Positions 12,548-26,574 of a stretch of DNA of 64,000 nucleotides are shown piece after piece. Within the stretch, counting starts at the first letter, position 1; each line of letters starts with the position of its first letter. Both the position numbers and the translations under genes were made by a program. The notes beneath the pieces were generated by a model. That model made no database searches. It worked only from the letters and a program-made list of their open reading frames with translations, and had not been told where the DNA came from. This stretch comes from Microbotryum violaceum (taxonomy: Eukaryota). Where the stretch lies: assembly GCA_001244265.2 (NCBI GenBank), contig LN717261.1:2557591-2621590 (forward strand), given 5' to 3'.

Positions 12548-15500
12548 ATGAAGCCATCGCACGCTCCCGTGCTCGTGCCCGTGCTCGTGCCATCGTCGAC
12601 CTCTTCGGCCGCTCGGTCCATCAGCTCGTCGTCCCCACCTTCCCCTTCGAATCCGCCCTCTCCGAATTCAGCCAGGGACGTGCCTCTGCTTCGATTGGAT
12701 CAACATCGCTCGTCTGCTGCTGCTGCTGCTCAAAACCCGCCTCCGCAAGCGACGTCAACTTCCTCCCCCGTTCGTCGGCAGGCTACCATGCACGCCGCCC
12801 CCTCCCCCTCAGCCTCTTCGGTCTCCTCGTCCTCTTCCTCGACTCATCCGACCACATCAAAGTCAACGACGCTCCTTCAGAATAATCCCAGGGAAAGGAA
12901 ACAATCCAATCCGCTACGTCAATTCAGGTCCAACGCTTCCTTGGGCACGAGCCCTAGCCCGACCACACCCTTCAAACAGAATACGACTTTGGTCACTTCC
13001 TCCCGATTCGGGTCAGCTTATCTTGGAACGGGCCCGAATCCAAAGGGAAAAGATCGGTATGCGGATGCACCGGAGGGAGGAGCAGCGACGGAGAATGCGC
13101 ACGGCCATGGGGAGGGAGCGGGAGGGGAGATGAAGAGGAGGAGGAAGAGAGGGACTTGATGGCCAAGGGCAGACCGGGCATGAGGGGTAGGGGGGAGAGT
13201 GAAGGTGGCTTTGATGAAGGATGGACCAATGATCGTCTGCAGCAACAGGAAGAGGAGGAGATGGGCTTGTTGGTCGGAAAAAAGGTGCGCTTTCGGATGC
13301 CTCTCGTTTGGGTTTCAAGAGAGGAAGATTATTTGATCACGGACCCCCCTCATCCTGCAGAACGCCGTTTGGTCACGACAAGGCTCCGCCGCCTCTGCCC
13401 AACGAGCACCTTCCTTCCTGATCAAAACCGCTCAGGAAAACACAAAGCCATCCAAGAAATCACGCACGATCCTCTTCAACTCGCGCGGCGTTTCTGGCGC
13501 ACCCAAGTACCCTCCAAACTTGGTCAAGAACCAGAAATACAACGTCCTCACTTTTGTGCCGATGGTCTTGTACGAGCAGTTCAAGTTCTTTTACAACCTC
13601 TACTTTCTACTGGTCGCGCTCAGTCAATTTGTGCCGGCGTTGCGTATAGGTGCGTTGATGCATGTGTAACGAGAGCTTTGGCTCGTTCGCGCCACCGCGG
13701 CTAAAGCCTCGTACTTTTTGTTGCATTTGTTTTGTTTTGCACAGGCTTCCTGGCGACGTACATCGTCCCTCTTTCCTTTGTACTGGCAGTCACCATCTCC
13801 AAGGAAGCGTTCGACGAGTACAAGCGCTACCTTCGGGACGCCTCGGCCAACGCGACCAAGTACAACGTCCTCGTCGACGCCGCGACCTCAGGTCGAGCGT
13901 ACCCCAACTCGCACCACGCCTCTGAAGCCGCGAATGAAGCTCGTTCCTCTTCGTCCGCGCCTCTCAAACCGACGCCCTCCGCCAAACTCAAAGTAGGCGA
14001 CCTCGTTCACCTCGAAAAGAACGAACGCGTACCCGCCGATATCCTCCTGCTGCGGACCTCGGACCCTTCGGGTTCATGTTTCGTTCGAACGGATCAACTC
14101 GACGGTGAAACGGATTGGAAATTACGACTTGCCGTTGAACGAACGCAGCGATTATCGAACGATGCGGCTTTGCTCAAGATCGAAGCAGAGGTTTACGCCG
14201 ATTCGCCGAGTAAGGATATTCATAACTTCGTAGGAACGATGACCGCTCGCATACGCTCGTCGGGAACGGAGTCGTCCATGAACGAGGATGAGATCGATGC
14301 TTTGGAGCAGGGGGAAGGTGCTCAGGCGGAAGAATCGATCAGGACCGAACCCTTGACCGCGGAGAATATGTTGTGGGCCAATACGGTCTTGGCAGCGGGA
14401 AGCGCGGTAGGGATGGCGGTCTATACGGGCAAGGAGACGAGGGCGGTGATGAATACCAGTCAGCCGGGGACCAAGACGGGGCTTTTGGATGATGAGATCA
14501 ATAGGTTGGCCAAGGTGAGCTCTTAGGAGGGAGTAGAATGTCTTGGGCTTGGCTTTGCTAAAGGATGTTTTGGACTGCTTGTTGTGCAGATCTTGTGCGG
14601 TTGCACCTTCACGCTCTCGGTCATCCTAGTTGCTTTGAATGGGTTCAGAGGCAATTGGGCCATCTATGTCTTTCGCTTCCTCATTCTTTTCTCCTCCATC
14701 ATTCCCATCTCGTAAGTGAACCTGCCTCGAAACAACTTCACGATCATCACAAGCTGACTTTTAGGAGGCCCGATTCCAACAGTCTCCGCGTCAACCTCGA
14801 CATGGGCAAGACCGTCTACGCGCACCAAATCATGAACGACTCTGAAATACCTGAAACGATCGTACGCACGTCGACGCTGCCGGAGGAGTTGGGCCGGATC
14901 GAGTATTTGCTCAGTGATAAAACAGGAACGTTGACGCAGAACGGTCAGTTGGGGAAGTGGTTCGGTGCTCGAGCTCGAGCTAGAGTGAGTGCTGATTGGC
15001 TCTTTTTGGTGGGGTGGGAAATGCAGAGATGGAGTTGAAGAAGCTGCACTTGGGTACCATGTCGTATGCTGTTGACTCGATGGATGAAGTCGCGCATCAA
15101 CTGTCGATGGCCTTGGGTCTGACTAATGAAGGTAAGGGACATCGGGTCTGAATTTGCTGTGCATGAAGTCTGAACCTTCTTGGTTTTGCCTTACAGAACG
15201 ACGTGCAGGAACCACGTTGACGACTGGTGTGGCGTTGGCGACGAGGGGACGGCGAGATATGTCTTCGCGAGTCAAGGACGTCGTGCTGGCGCTGGCTTTG
15301 TGTCATAACGTCAGTCCCTCGACGTCATGCTACTGTCAACGGGCGTCATTAATGCGGCCCTTCTTCTCTGCAGGTCACCCCCGCGGTCGACGACGACGGC
15401 TCTATCACCTATCAAGCTTCCTCACCTGACGAAGTCGCGATCGTGCGCTGGACCGAATCCGTCGGCCTGACGCTCTCCAACCGCGACCGAACCTCCATGT

Positions 15501-17297
15501 CCCTCCGCACCTCGACAGGCCAAGCCTTCTCCTTTGATATCCTCGAAGTGTTCCCCTTCACTTCAGAATCCAAACGCATGGGCATCGTCATTCGTGATCG
15601 AAAGACGGGCGAGATCTTTTTCTACCAAAAGGGTGCTGATGCAGTGATGGCCAAAATCGTCGTATACAACGATTGGCTCGAGGAGGAATGTGGGAATATG
15701 GCGAGGGAGGGGTTGAGGACACTCGTGATGGCTCGCAAGAGGTTGTCTGAAGAGGCATGGGCGAGGTTCGATGAGGCGCATCGGGAAGCCAAGGTCGCTT
15801 TGGGCGATCGAGCGGCTTCGATTCAGCGTGTCATTGGCGAACACCTCGAACGCGATTTGGAATTGCTCGGGGTGACCGGTGTCGAGGACAAGTTGCAGGA
15901 CGACGTCAAGATGACGATCGAGCTATTGCGCAACGCCGGGATCAAGATTTGGATGCTGACAGGGGACAAGATCGAGACCGCGACTTGTATTGCCATCTCG
16001 ACCAAGCTTGTCTCGAGGAATCAGTTCATTCATCAAGTCGCCAAATTGAAGTCACCTGCGGACGCGAGGGACGAATTGGACTTCCTTCGGACCAAGTTGG
16101 ATTGTTGCCTCGTCATCGATGGCGAATCCTTGCAGTTGTGCATCGAACACTTCAGGGAAGACTTCATCGCCCTCTCGACGAAACTGTCGACCGTCGTTGC
16201 GTGTCGTTGTTCACCTACGCAAAAAGCCGATGTCGCCCGTCTCATTCGAGCCTACACCAAGAAACGCGTCTGCTGTATCGGTGACGGTGGTAACGACGTC
16301 TCGATGATCCAAGCCGCCGACGTCGGCGTCGGCATCGTAGGCAAAGAAGGTCGTCAAGCTTCCCTCGCCGCCGATTTCTCCATCAACCAATTCTCTTACC
16401 TCACCAAACTCCTCGTATGGCACGGTCGAAACTCGTACAAACGCTCGGCCAAATTGGCCCAATTCGTCATTCACCGTGGTTTAATCATTTCTGTCGTTCA
16501 GGCCGTGTTCTCGTCGGTGTTTTACTTTTCGCCTATCGCGATTTATCAAGGTTGGTTGATGGTTGGGTATGCGACGGCGTATACGATGTTGCCAGTGTTT
16601 TCCCTCGTATTGGATCGGGATGTGAATGAGGACGTCGCGTTGTTGTACCCCGAGTTGTACAAGGAGTTGACCAAGGTGAGTCCATGACTTGGCGGGAACG
16701 GTGTGCATGGACACAGATTGATGTTCATCCTCCCATCTTGTCAGGGTCGAGCCCTTTCGTACAAAACCTTCTTCACCTGGCTCATGATTTCCATCTACCA
16801 AGGTGAGAGACATCGACACGCATATACCCCTTGCGTTTGCAGACTAACCCGTCTCCCACTCCTTGTCCCAGGCGGAACCATTATGATCGCCTCCCTCGTC
16901 CTCTTCGAATCCGAGTTCCTCAATATCGTCTCCATCTCCTTCACCGCGCTCGTGTTGAACGAACTGATTATGGTCGGTGTGGAAGTCACGACATGGCACA
17001 CGTTGATGATTCTTTCCGAGGTGATCACGTTGGGGCTTTACGTTACGTCGATCTTATTCCTTCCGGAATACTTTGGTGCGTCTTGCTATCCGTTCGCCCA
17101 TTCCAAATGTGCAGATATACTGACCTCTTTTAAACTTATTTGGATTGACAGATCTCAACTTTGTCATGTCGCTCCCCTTCATTTGGAAAGTCGGCTTCAT
17201 TGTCGCCGTCTCCGCTGCCCCCTTGTGGATCATCAAGTTGTTGAAGGGCAAGTTTGCACCGACGCAGTATGCCAAGTTGAGGGATTTTGCTGCATAG
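12548..17297 (+). CDS. NEO1: P4-type ATPase, phospholipid flippase (Neo1/ATP9 class)
   Basis: [22 protein letters not shown] phosphorylation site, [31 protein letters not shown] and [12 protein letters not shown]; start codon uncertain; one-base shift in the G-run at ~13121-13127. Confidence 0.95.
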
Positions 17298-17466
17298 GTT
17301 GCAATGACATCACTCTGTTTATGTGCTTCGATCGTTGATCGGATACTTTTACCTTTCCCTGGCTCGGGAGGAAGTTTCTCTCCTGACGAGTCGACACTTG
17401 TCCTTGCTTTCCACTCTCTGACGCGATGGGTCGTTTTATGGATTACATGAATCTCCGTGGCTTTGA

Positions 17467-18136
17467 TCAGTTCAACCCCTCCCCGCCCATCCCGTCCCCC
17501 AACTGCCCGATCTGCGCATTCTCTCTTTCCCTGTTCAAGCGCGTGGTGTACGATCTCGAAACGACGTTGACTATCGGGAAGACAATACGGATAAAAATTT
17601 GGTGATCAGAAGATTTGAAGATGAGATGATAGGGAAAGAAAAAGAAGAAGAAGGGAAACACTTACAAGCTTCCAAATATCGGTCCGTGCATTGCGTGAGA
17701 CAACTCTCGTCCGAACTGCCGAGGCTCGTCGAAGGTTTGAGGATGCATTTGGCGAAGCTGGGAGTTTTTGAAAAGGGGGGGAGGGGCAATGAAAGGGAGG
17801 GTTAGGACTGGGTACATGGATGGGACGAAGGACAAGTCTGGTCGTTGGTGGGATGAACCATGCGAGTACGGAATGCGGTGGTTTGCTCACCATTTCTCGT
17901 TCATTTTCTGCGTAGGATCAGCAGCATCGAATAAAAAAGAGCTTTAGCAACTCGACCTCGACGAAATAGCACCTCCTCCGATGGAGGGTATCCAAGTGAC
18001 GTACGTTGATCAGTTCCTGGGCGTTGGCGAGCGCGAGCTGTTCCCTGACTTGCTGCATCACCTGCTGTTTGCGTTGTTCAGACTCTTGCGGCGACAAGGC
18101 TGCGGGCGCAGTGGAACGGGAGAGGAAGGACGACAT
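17467..18136 (-). CDS. TIM13: Mitochondrial intermembrane-space small Tim chaperone Tim13
   Basis: [28 protein letters not shown]...ESCLTQCTDRYLEA-FNVVSRSY, twin CX3C motif over four exons. Confidence 0.93.
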
Positions 18137-19376
18137 GGTGCGTAGTCAAGTGTGGTGTGGTTGGTGAGGGAGGAAAGAGCTGAGAACGGTTGCGAGGTTC
18201 GAATCGGTTGCGAAGTCGAGACGAGGCAAAGTGTGGAGTCTGAGTAAGTCCGGGCGGGGAAGCACCTGGAAGATGAATGGAATGGACAGTGCTGCATACC
18301 TTCGGTAAGAGCGGCGAGATTAACGGGTGACGTACCTGAGAGTTGCGGTTGAGGTTGCCGAGATGAGCAGCGCAACGGCTGGGCTCCGCCGCCGCCTGAC
18401 GCGCACACCGGCAAGGCAAGCCGACGGGCGACGAGCTTGCCTGGTCCGAGCGGCAGTGCTGTGCGACCTCTGAAAAGGCTAGACTTGGTCCGACTCCGCC
18501 GATAGGATGTTGACGGTTCTCGCACTCTTCCACACATTCTGCAATGTCAGCTCGTGATCACTACATCAAGCACGAACTCCGCCGTCCTACGAGGCATGCA
18601 CCAGGAGTCCAATCCTCGAGCATCACTGCATACTCTGTTCCTTGGGTCCGACGCAGCGCTTTTCCTCGCCGAGCTGAGACAATCTAGCCCTAGCCTCCTT
18701 CTGTCTCCCCTTTTCATAGTAAAAAAAGAGAATACTCTCACTCGAGCTAGAAATGCAAATAGTCGACTCCAACCCATGCAACGGCTGTTGGGTGTGCCAA
18801 GCACCTTACGCCAGCGAGAAAAAAGAAATGGACGGAGAGATCTGCGAATCGATTCGTTGCTGTTTCCTCACCGAAACACCTCGCCTCGTATATTAACTTG
18901 GTGGTTGAAATTTTCTTGGTGAAACACGACGATCGAGTACTGTAGAATCCAGTGTGCTCGGGTCTCAACTATCTGGGGTGAGCAGGACAGAGCGGTTCCA
19001 GTCCTGTGCCAGAGTGAAGGTTTTCCGGCCCACAAAGGCGGCTCAAGAGCTGTAATACCTCGTGATACAGCCCCAACCTAACTCTAAGAAGGTTGATCGA
19101 TGAAATATGATCGGTTCTGATAATCTGAGGCACAAAGGGAAGTACCCAGATTCGAGCACTCGACTGCGGAGGAGGACATCATGCTACACACAGTCCGTCG
19201 CACTGGGCTTTCGGCCTTCGGGACGAAAATTGTGACGATGTGGATGAAATGACACTGATGCAGCAAGAAAGACGTGTGAAATGGGAAGGGAGAATGCAAG
19301 TCTTGGACCTCATGTGCGAAGGTTACTCGAGAGAGGAGGTAAATTCTGCCATCTTGAGCGGGTGGTTACCGAGCCC

Positions 19377-19977
19377 TCAAGCCTCGCCTAGCTTCTCGAG
19401 TTTTTCTTGAGCACTCTGCTTGGCCTCCTCGGACACGTTGGGGTTGTGGATCGCAGCTTTGAGACCGCCGGCGACGCGGTGCTGGTGCTGGTCCTCGTCT
19501 GCACCACTTCCACCACCTGCTCCACCACTTGCTCCTTCACCGACGGAGGCCGCGTGCGACTCCTCGAGTTTCTGAATCATCTCTTCGGCGCGCTGTGAGG
19601 ATGAGCGCAACATCGGGTCAGCACATTATCGATCGAGTGTCACTACTGTCAGGAAGAATGCGATCTGCCCATGTCCGAGAGAGAGGCTGAATGCATCTTG
19701 CGGGTCTCCTCGGGCAAGTTCTGCTTGTGGGCGGTGGCCTTGTAGCCACTGAGAACACGGACATAGTCCTTCTCGGCGACGACTGGGGATGTTCAAGACG
19801 CGGTAGATAGGTCAGCACGTTGACAAAATACCTCCGCCCTTCAAGCTCGAGATCGGTTAAACGACGCAAGACTGATACGCTGATGACTGCGAGGGCCCTT
19901 GAAGGGAACTGACTTTGGTCTCCGACCTTCTCCAGGACCTTGTCGCCCTTGACCAAAGTGGTGTGCTCCGCGGACAT
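19377..19977 (-). CDS. con-6: Conidiation protein 6 (Con-6) family hydrophilin with two repeats
   Basis: C-terminal RVAGGLKAAIHNPNVSEEAKQSAQEKL is a typical Con-6 repeat; N-terminal repeat KDYVRVLSGYKATAHKQNLPEETRKRAEEMIQKL. The intron 2 donor reads AT, not GT (see findings). Confidence 0.85.
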
Positions 19978-20857
19978 GTTGCGCTGTGGGGTGTGGGGTG
20001 TGGGCTGGGTGCTCTGATTATGTCCAAGAAGAAGGCAGGATGGGCCGATCAGCTATTGGTGCGACCGACAACGGAGGGCGGTTGGCTGATGGCGATCGGC
20101 CCCCACACAGCTCCTGACTCCAAGCAGCTCGATCATCGATCACGGACTCACATTGGCGTGATAGGGGGGCTCGGAGTGATGTGACAGCTGGTCGAAGCAA
20201 TCGAGGTGTTGGTACTCCGTTCGTGTTGGATGCTGGTCTGTCGCAAGTCTGAGATGGAGGACGGAGGGAGGGAGGGAGGGAGGGATGGAGAGAGGAAGGC
20301 AAGAGGAGAGCGAGCTGAGCGCGTCGCTTTCGGTTGGAAGCAGTGGCGGTGACCTCTTTTAGGTTCCGACTCTTTTTGGCCCCTAAGCAACTTGTCCGAT
20401 TGAGCGATGAGCCAAAAGCTCTTGCATTGTCCATGATTCCAGGATTTCTCACCTCCTTTGGCCTGAGCGGCATCGAACTCGCACTCTATCCCGCAATGCA
20501 GTGTGTTAACACGGTGCATCTCGTGGCAACAAGTGGCCGCGAATGTTCTGAGTCCTAAAGCTACCCTGCTGGTAGTGCTGCTATGCCATTGCAACTCTCC
20601 GCAGTGGGAGTTACATTTTGATTCAAATGAGAGGTTTTTTCCCGATATTCGACTCTGCTACCACAATGGGGTAATCCCTCGAGTTGAAGTACTCGCGCAG
20701 CAACTTGACGTGCTCAACTTTTGGGGGGTCCAAGCAAGGTGAGAAGGGGTCCGTGCGAGTTCTCGCCTGTTTTGGGGCCACGTCGTGTGTGATCGCGGGT
20801 GGCCTTCTCCCAGCCCGTCCCCAGCCCGCGCCGTGTCACGTCGTACCGAACGTCGAA

Positions 20858-23396
20858 ATGGTGAGTTCATCGTATACCGGAAAGACTCTGGACATGTGCT
20901 GATGCCTTGGTGTCCACCTCTCGTTGTCGTGCGTTCGCCCTGTACCGCTCGTCGCGTTCGAAACACGCCTACGTCCTGTGCCGCGCCCCTGCGCCTCACG
21001 TCTCCCATCGACGCCATGTCGTATCGCTCCACCTCTTCCGCCTTTAGGTCGTTCTCGCCGCATCAATCGTCACAAAAGGGGGCAAACGTAAGTCTTGTCC
21101 CCACTGGTTTCGACCGGTTGTGCGAGGAGCTGGCCTGCGCTGGGGAGGCACGTGGACGTGGACGCGGTCAGCGGCGACCAGGGCCTGCAAGCGCACACTC
21201 ACTCGATCCATCGGATCCTCTAGCATATGGAGCAGTGATGTCCTGGCCGTGGTCAGCTTGACGTGTCCGCATAGTAACAGGCGTACTGGGACGATGGCGC
21301 GTGCCCACCTCGCCCCCAGCTCGGCTCGCTCATCCCGAAGGAACCACATCTTTGCACCCTAACGAACGAAGCTCGTTGCACTAATCTTCTCGACATTCCC
21401 ATTATCGACCACAGCATTATTGTCCCGGCAGTTCCTCGGCTTGCCGCGATCGAGGCTCGAGTCGCTGCTCGCGTCGTTCCCTCGCCTGGTGTCGCCGACC
21501 TCGGAGCACACCGTCCTCGAAGCTTCCGGCGTACGATTCGTCTACGCGCCCCTCGAGGACCTCTATGTCCTCCTCATCACCAACACCCAGTCCAACATCC
21601 TACTCGACCTCAGCACCTTGTCGCTTGTAACCCGCATCGCGACCGAACTCGGCTCGGGCGGGCGCGGCGGAGCGATCGGCGAGATGGACGTGATGCGCGT
21701 CAGCTTTGAGATCCTCAGTGCGTGGGACGAGGTCATTTCGTTGGGATGGCGCGAGAACGTGAGCTTGCAGCAGGTGCGGAGTATACTCGAGATGGAGTCC
21801 CACGAGGAGAAGATCCAGGAGATCATTGCCAGGGTCAGTTTGCCTTTTGCTCGCCGTTTTCACTCATACGAAGCCGGGAATGTGTGCTCAACAACTTTTG
21901 AGAACGTACTTGGTGTTACAAAAGAACAAGGAACACGAGGCAAAGGAAGAATTGAAGCGACGTGCCAAGCAACTCGAGCTGCAGCGCCGCGAAATGACTC
22001 GCCGCGGCCAAAACCCTTATTCGACCAACTCGTCTTCGGGCTTCACCTCTCAAAACAACTCGTACACGCCCTCGGCCCCCTCGTACGACGCACCGGCACC
22101 GCAACGATCATACAACGAGGAACATGCGCCGGCACCGACGACCAAGCCGTTCAAAACCAAGGGAATGCAGTTGGGCGCCAAAGGTGGCAAGAACAATACT
22201 GGCCTTGCACAGGCCTTGGATGGCCTTGATGCAGAGGAATCCCTCTTGATGCAGCGGCACGAGGAACCGCAAGAGCAGCACTACTCGTCCGCACCTTCGC
22301 CTGCCCCGGTTGCCGCGCCTGCACTCACCGACGTTTCACCTTTCGAGCTGCCAGAGCAACAAGAGTCAGTCCACGCCTGGCTGGTCTACATTCGAGCGAT
22401 TACTGGGGCTTATGCTGATTTCATTGCTTCCACAGTGTCCACCTCGTCGTACGGGAAAGCCTCACACTCGAGCTGAACCGAGATGGGGGCGTCGATTTCC
22501 TGTCGCTCAGGGGTGATCTTGATCTGCGCATTGCGGACCCCGCCAAGGCCGTTCTCGTGATCGCCCTCCCCCCGCCATCATCATACGACAAGGCGAACGA
22601 TTTGCAGTTCAAGACCCACCCGAACGTCGACAAAAACGCATGGGCTCAGCAAGGCGAGATCAAGCTCAAGGAGGGCAAGAAGGGTTTCCCCGTCGGCCAG
22701 GGTCTTGGCGTGCTCAAGTGGCGCATGACTGGAACCGACGAGTCAGTCATTCCTATCTCAAGTAAGTGCCCATTTTTGGTTCGCTTTCGCAAACTTGCAC
22801 CCCTGTTTGCTAAAGCCCCTTTCCTTCGACCCGTCCCGCTGCACAGTCAACTGCTGGCCGTCGTCCGACAACGGCATCTGCACCGTCAACCTCGAGTACG
22901 AGCTCGAAAACACTTCCATCTCATTGCACAACGTCCTCGTCTCGATCGCCTTGCCACCGGGGTCGCAACCTGCGCTGTCGGAGGCCCCCTCGAACGGCTC
23001 CTACTCACTCAACCCCGAAACATCTCGTCTCGATTGGGTCATTGACGAGGTCTCGGTTGCGGCCGGCACAACAAGTGGCAGTCTCGAGTTCGAGGTCGAC
23101 GGTGATGATGTCGATGCCTTCTTCCCCGTCGTTGTCGACTTTGTCAGCCAAAAGGGTCTCAGTGGTGTTGAGGTGAGCATCGCAGTCCCCTTCGCCCCCC
23201 GCCCCCCCCCCCCCCCCCATCCTAGCCCGAGCCTTCGCACGCGGCGGCTATGATTCTCGTTCCACACCGTGATTCTAACGCACATTCATTCCACTCCATT
23301 CCATAGATTCTCTCCGTTACGAACCCAGCCGACCAAAGCCAGGTCGACTTCTCGATCGACTCTTTGCTTGCTGTCGACAAGTACGAGGTGGTGTGA
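20858..23396 (+). CDS. RET2: Coatomer delta subunit (delta-COP)
   Basis: ATG-only first exon, then VVLAASIVTKGGK, LSRQF, SNILLDL, LEMESHEEKIQEIIARNKEHEAKEELKRRAKQLE, FKTHPNVDK, VLKWR and INCWPS. Confidence 0.96.
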
Positions 23397-25984
23397 GCGC
23401 TGCATCCCCCGGCTGCACGCGAGGCCCGGCTGGTTAACTGCTTTTGATGCTACGATTGAGGGGGTTGGAGTTGCTTTTATGACGATAGGTCTTGGTGAAA
23501 TGAGATTTGTATTTTCACTTTATCCTGCGCGCTACGTCACTTGTCATTGAGAGCTGTGCGAGACTGCCCTGCGAAGCCGGCTTACCAGCTAACCCGAGAT
23601 TCCAGATCACCCTAAAGTTGTGAACGTCAGAAAGACGAGATCCAATTACCCTTGTCAACAAAAGCCCACGAGGGACATATATCTCGTCGGCCATCAACGG
23701 GAAGAGACCGTGTGCGCCACGAGGGTCGGCTCGCTCCGCAAATGCCGGGGAAGGTCAAAGCTCGATTTATATGCCAAGCTCTGACAGGGGCCTACGACCA
23801 TTCACTCCGGTGCGCACCTTGTCAGGTCACAACCAAAGCTACTCGACCTGGGTTGAGAGCGAAAGATGCTGAAATTCGTGGAGGAGAAGATGGTCGTGCG
23901 ACGAGCAGCGAGGCCTAGGTATCGTCTCGCTCAAGCCTACTAGTAGCCTGAACGTTGTGAAGAGTTGACGATCATGTCTTTCCACAGCGAGCAATCCGAC
24001 ACGCGGTCGGGCGATTGAGTGGTCACATTAGTTACAAGCGTCTCTTTGCATCTCAATTTGTCACACACTCCGGCACTCGCACATGAGCGTCCCGGTTTGT
24101 TTCCTGGGTGTGCTTCGCCTATAGGCGAACCCTGGCTTGCGGCCGCTTCCGCTTTTGGATCGTCGAACACTCGGCAGTTCCCGACCCGACTGCCCAGGGC
24201 CCAGGGCCCCGCACCTAACTTCGGGCACGAACCGAATAGCTTCATGTAGAGGCCTTAGAGGTCCCTACAGGTCCCCAGTGTGGGACGCGGTCGTTTCACG
24301 AGGATCGAGCGGATTCGGAGCAGGTTGGTTGAGCTCCATGGAGATGGGTTGCGCGCGTACAGGAAACGAAAAGATCTCGGAACTACCCACGCCGGCGGCG
24401 CCCCTGGCAGCTCCGCGGCGGGGCCACCGCGCCCCTGGAGCCGGAGCTGACGACAGCAAAGGACCGTCATCGTTGCTCTCCGCTGCTGCTCGTTGCTGCC
24501 GGGCTCCACTATGCAACTACTGACGGTGCGGCATCTTGACATGATTATTCATCTCATCTTGCACACTGCCGGCTCGCATGCGCACACTTGCCTGCTCGAT
24601 AATTTTGCCATGGCGTGCACGCCGCCTTGAGGAGCTCCGCTGCGAGCTGAAGGGAGTTCTAGCTTGGTCAGCGAGAGATTGGGGCAATATCGCTACACGA
24701 CTCCTTGACATCATTGGCACTACAGCCACAGAATAAATGGCCATGTCTCAACACGAGAAGGCCACGGCTGGGCTATACGTAGGCTGCTTGAAGGCGGATG
24801 GTGCGAGTATCGGATGCACACCAAACAACGATCCCCGGCATCGGCCGCGCCATCACTGCTCGAGGTCGAGTACAGGTGCGGGATCTGGCGGGGGGAGAGG
24901 ACGTATTTACACGGCAGAACCTTGGAGAAGTGGCGCCATATTGTGATATTGATCCAGTGGATGGCCTCTGATCCCCCAGTTCTTGCTGTCGCGAGCGCGC
25001 CAAGTCGTGATCATGACGGAGAAGTCTCGGCGCGGTTCGCACGCGGAGCGTCGCACTTTTTTGATTGGAAGCAAGGCAAGGGACACCAGATCCCGTATTG
25101 GACTCGAAGGACAAGTGTATTGGTAGGTGCGTGCTGTAAGGGAGGAAGATAATCTACTAGCCTGCGATGAGACGGGTAGTCCTGACTGCCGGCGATATAC
25201 AAGCCGCTGCCGCTGGTTTTTGGGTATCTTCTGCGGGCGCGTCCGGCCCAGTGGCTTTGTCATGGTCAAGGGATCGCTCCATGCAGCATTGAGCAGGGGA
25301 GCAAGTGTTTGAATCAAACACCAAGTCACTATCTCAGCGTTTCTTAAGTGCATGCTCTCGCATTTGCCACTTTAGGCCTCGAGCAAGCCTAATCAAAGGA
25401 CCGTGCGCGAACGTCTGGCTAGGTCACGTGCTTTTCATCGCTTACAGCCCTTCGAGTCTCGAATCGGCGGGACGCCCGACGCCCGACGCCCGTGCGTCGG
25501 AAAGTCGGAGATGGGCTGCGGCATGATCGAGGATCGAAGCGCAAGATGGAGAGTCGATTCTCTACGTTGCTGCCACCGCGTTGGCCTCACCTGTTAGGGC
25601 GTCCTCACTTCACAACTCTCCCGTCCTCGTTGGGGCGACTGCGACTCACCGGTTGGCTGGAAGAAGAGTCGATAAGTCGGCGAGCACGTGCTTCCAGTGT
25701 ATGCAATACAGGATGGTTGATGACCCTCAGTCTCATTTCAAGTGTCTGCTCAACCATGAACGAGTGTTGAAGCGCAGATGAGCTGCCGAGGGAGAAGGCC
25801 CGGGGACATCCGTCTGCGCCGTGTGAAAGTCGGTCGGCATGAGCTTGCAATTTTGTCCCAAAGGCCCTCGCGCGCGTCCGCTCTCCTTCGTAAGGAGCTG
25901 CAACGATGCAAATACAATAGGCACTGAGCGCAGCCGGCTCAAACCTTGCCCTGTAGGGGTAACAGGATGAAGGAGCGAAGTGGA

Positions 25985-26039
25985 TTAACGATGAGTTAAC
26001 GGTGAGTTAACGGTGAGTTAACGGTGAGTTAACGGTGAA
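25985..26039 (+). repeat. Five tandem copies of an 11-bp unit TTAACGGTGAG
   Basis: ttaacgatgag ttaacggtgag ttaacggtgag ttaacggtgag ttaacggtgaa. Confidence 0.95.
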
Positions 26040-26574
26040 GCACTCAGCGCACAATGGCTGGGCTCAGACGAGACAGGAGCACCCCTTCAGGGCTTCATCG
26101 AGACGACTTTCAGGAGCTTATGCCTGTCGCTACCTCGTCGGTTCAGAAACAAGGCCCGCGCACGGACAGGCCTGCGCGGGCGTGTCGGCGCTGCGCTGCG
26201 CTGCTAGGCGCAGCACGGTGCGGGTCGGCACTTGCGCTGACAACGGTCGTCTCGACCCCTTCATTCCTTCATCCTTCACTCACTACTCTGCCCTCCCCTG
26301 TCTCTGGCCTAATTTGCGGCGAGAAGAAAGCTCGACCGTCCTGTCTCTCTTTCTCTTTCATTCCTACCCTTGACATCCCCACGTCTAGCTACGTCTCGCT
26401 GTCGTCTTGATACACCCCATCGCTCAAGTTGCCCGCCCTCGCCCACTCCCGATCACGCGCTTCGGCCGATCGTTGCTTTTTCCAAACTCCGCGGTATCCG
26501 GAATCCCCGCCGACACTCACACCCCGCCACTCACACCCCCGTAGTCGCGTCGCCAGTCACTCTGAATTGTCACC

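Noticed and set aside
23400-25950. Many short overlapping ORFs between RET2 and clp1
   Set aside because: No motifs or consistent splice structure; expected in GC-rich intergenic DNA.
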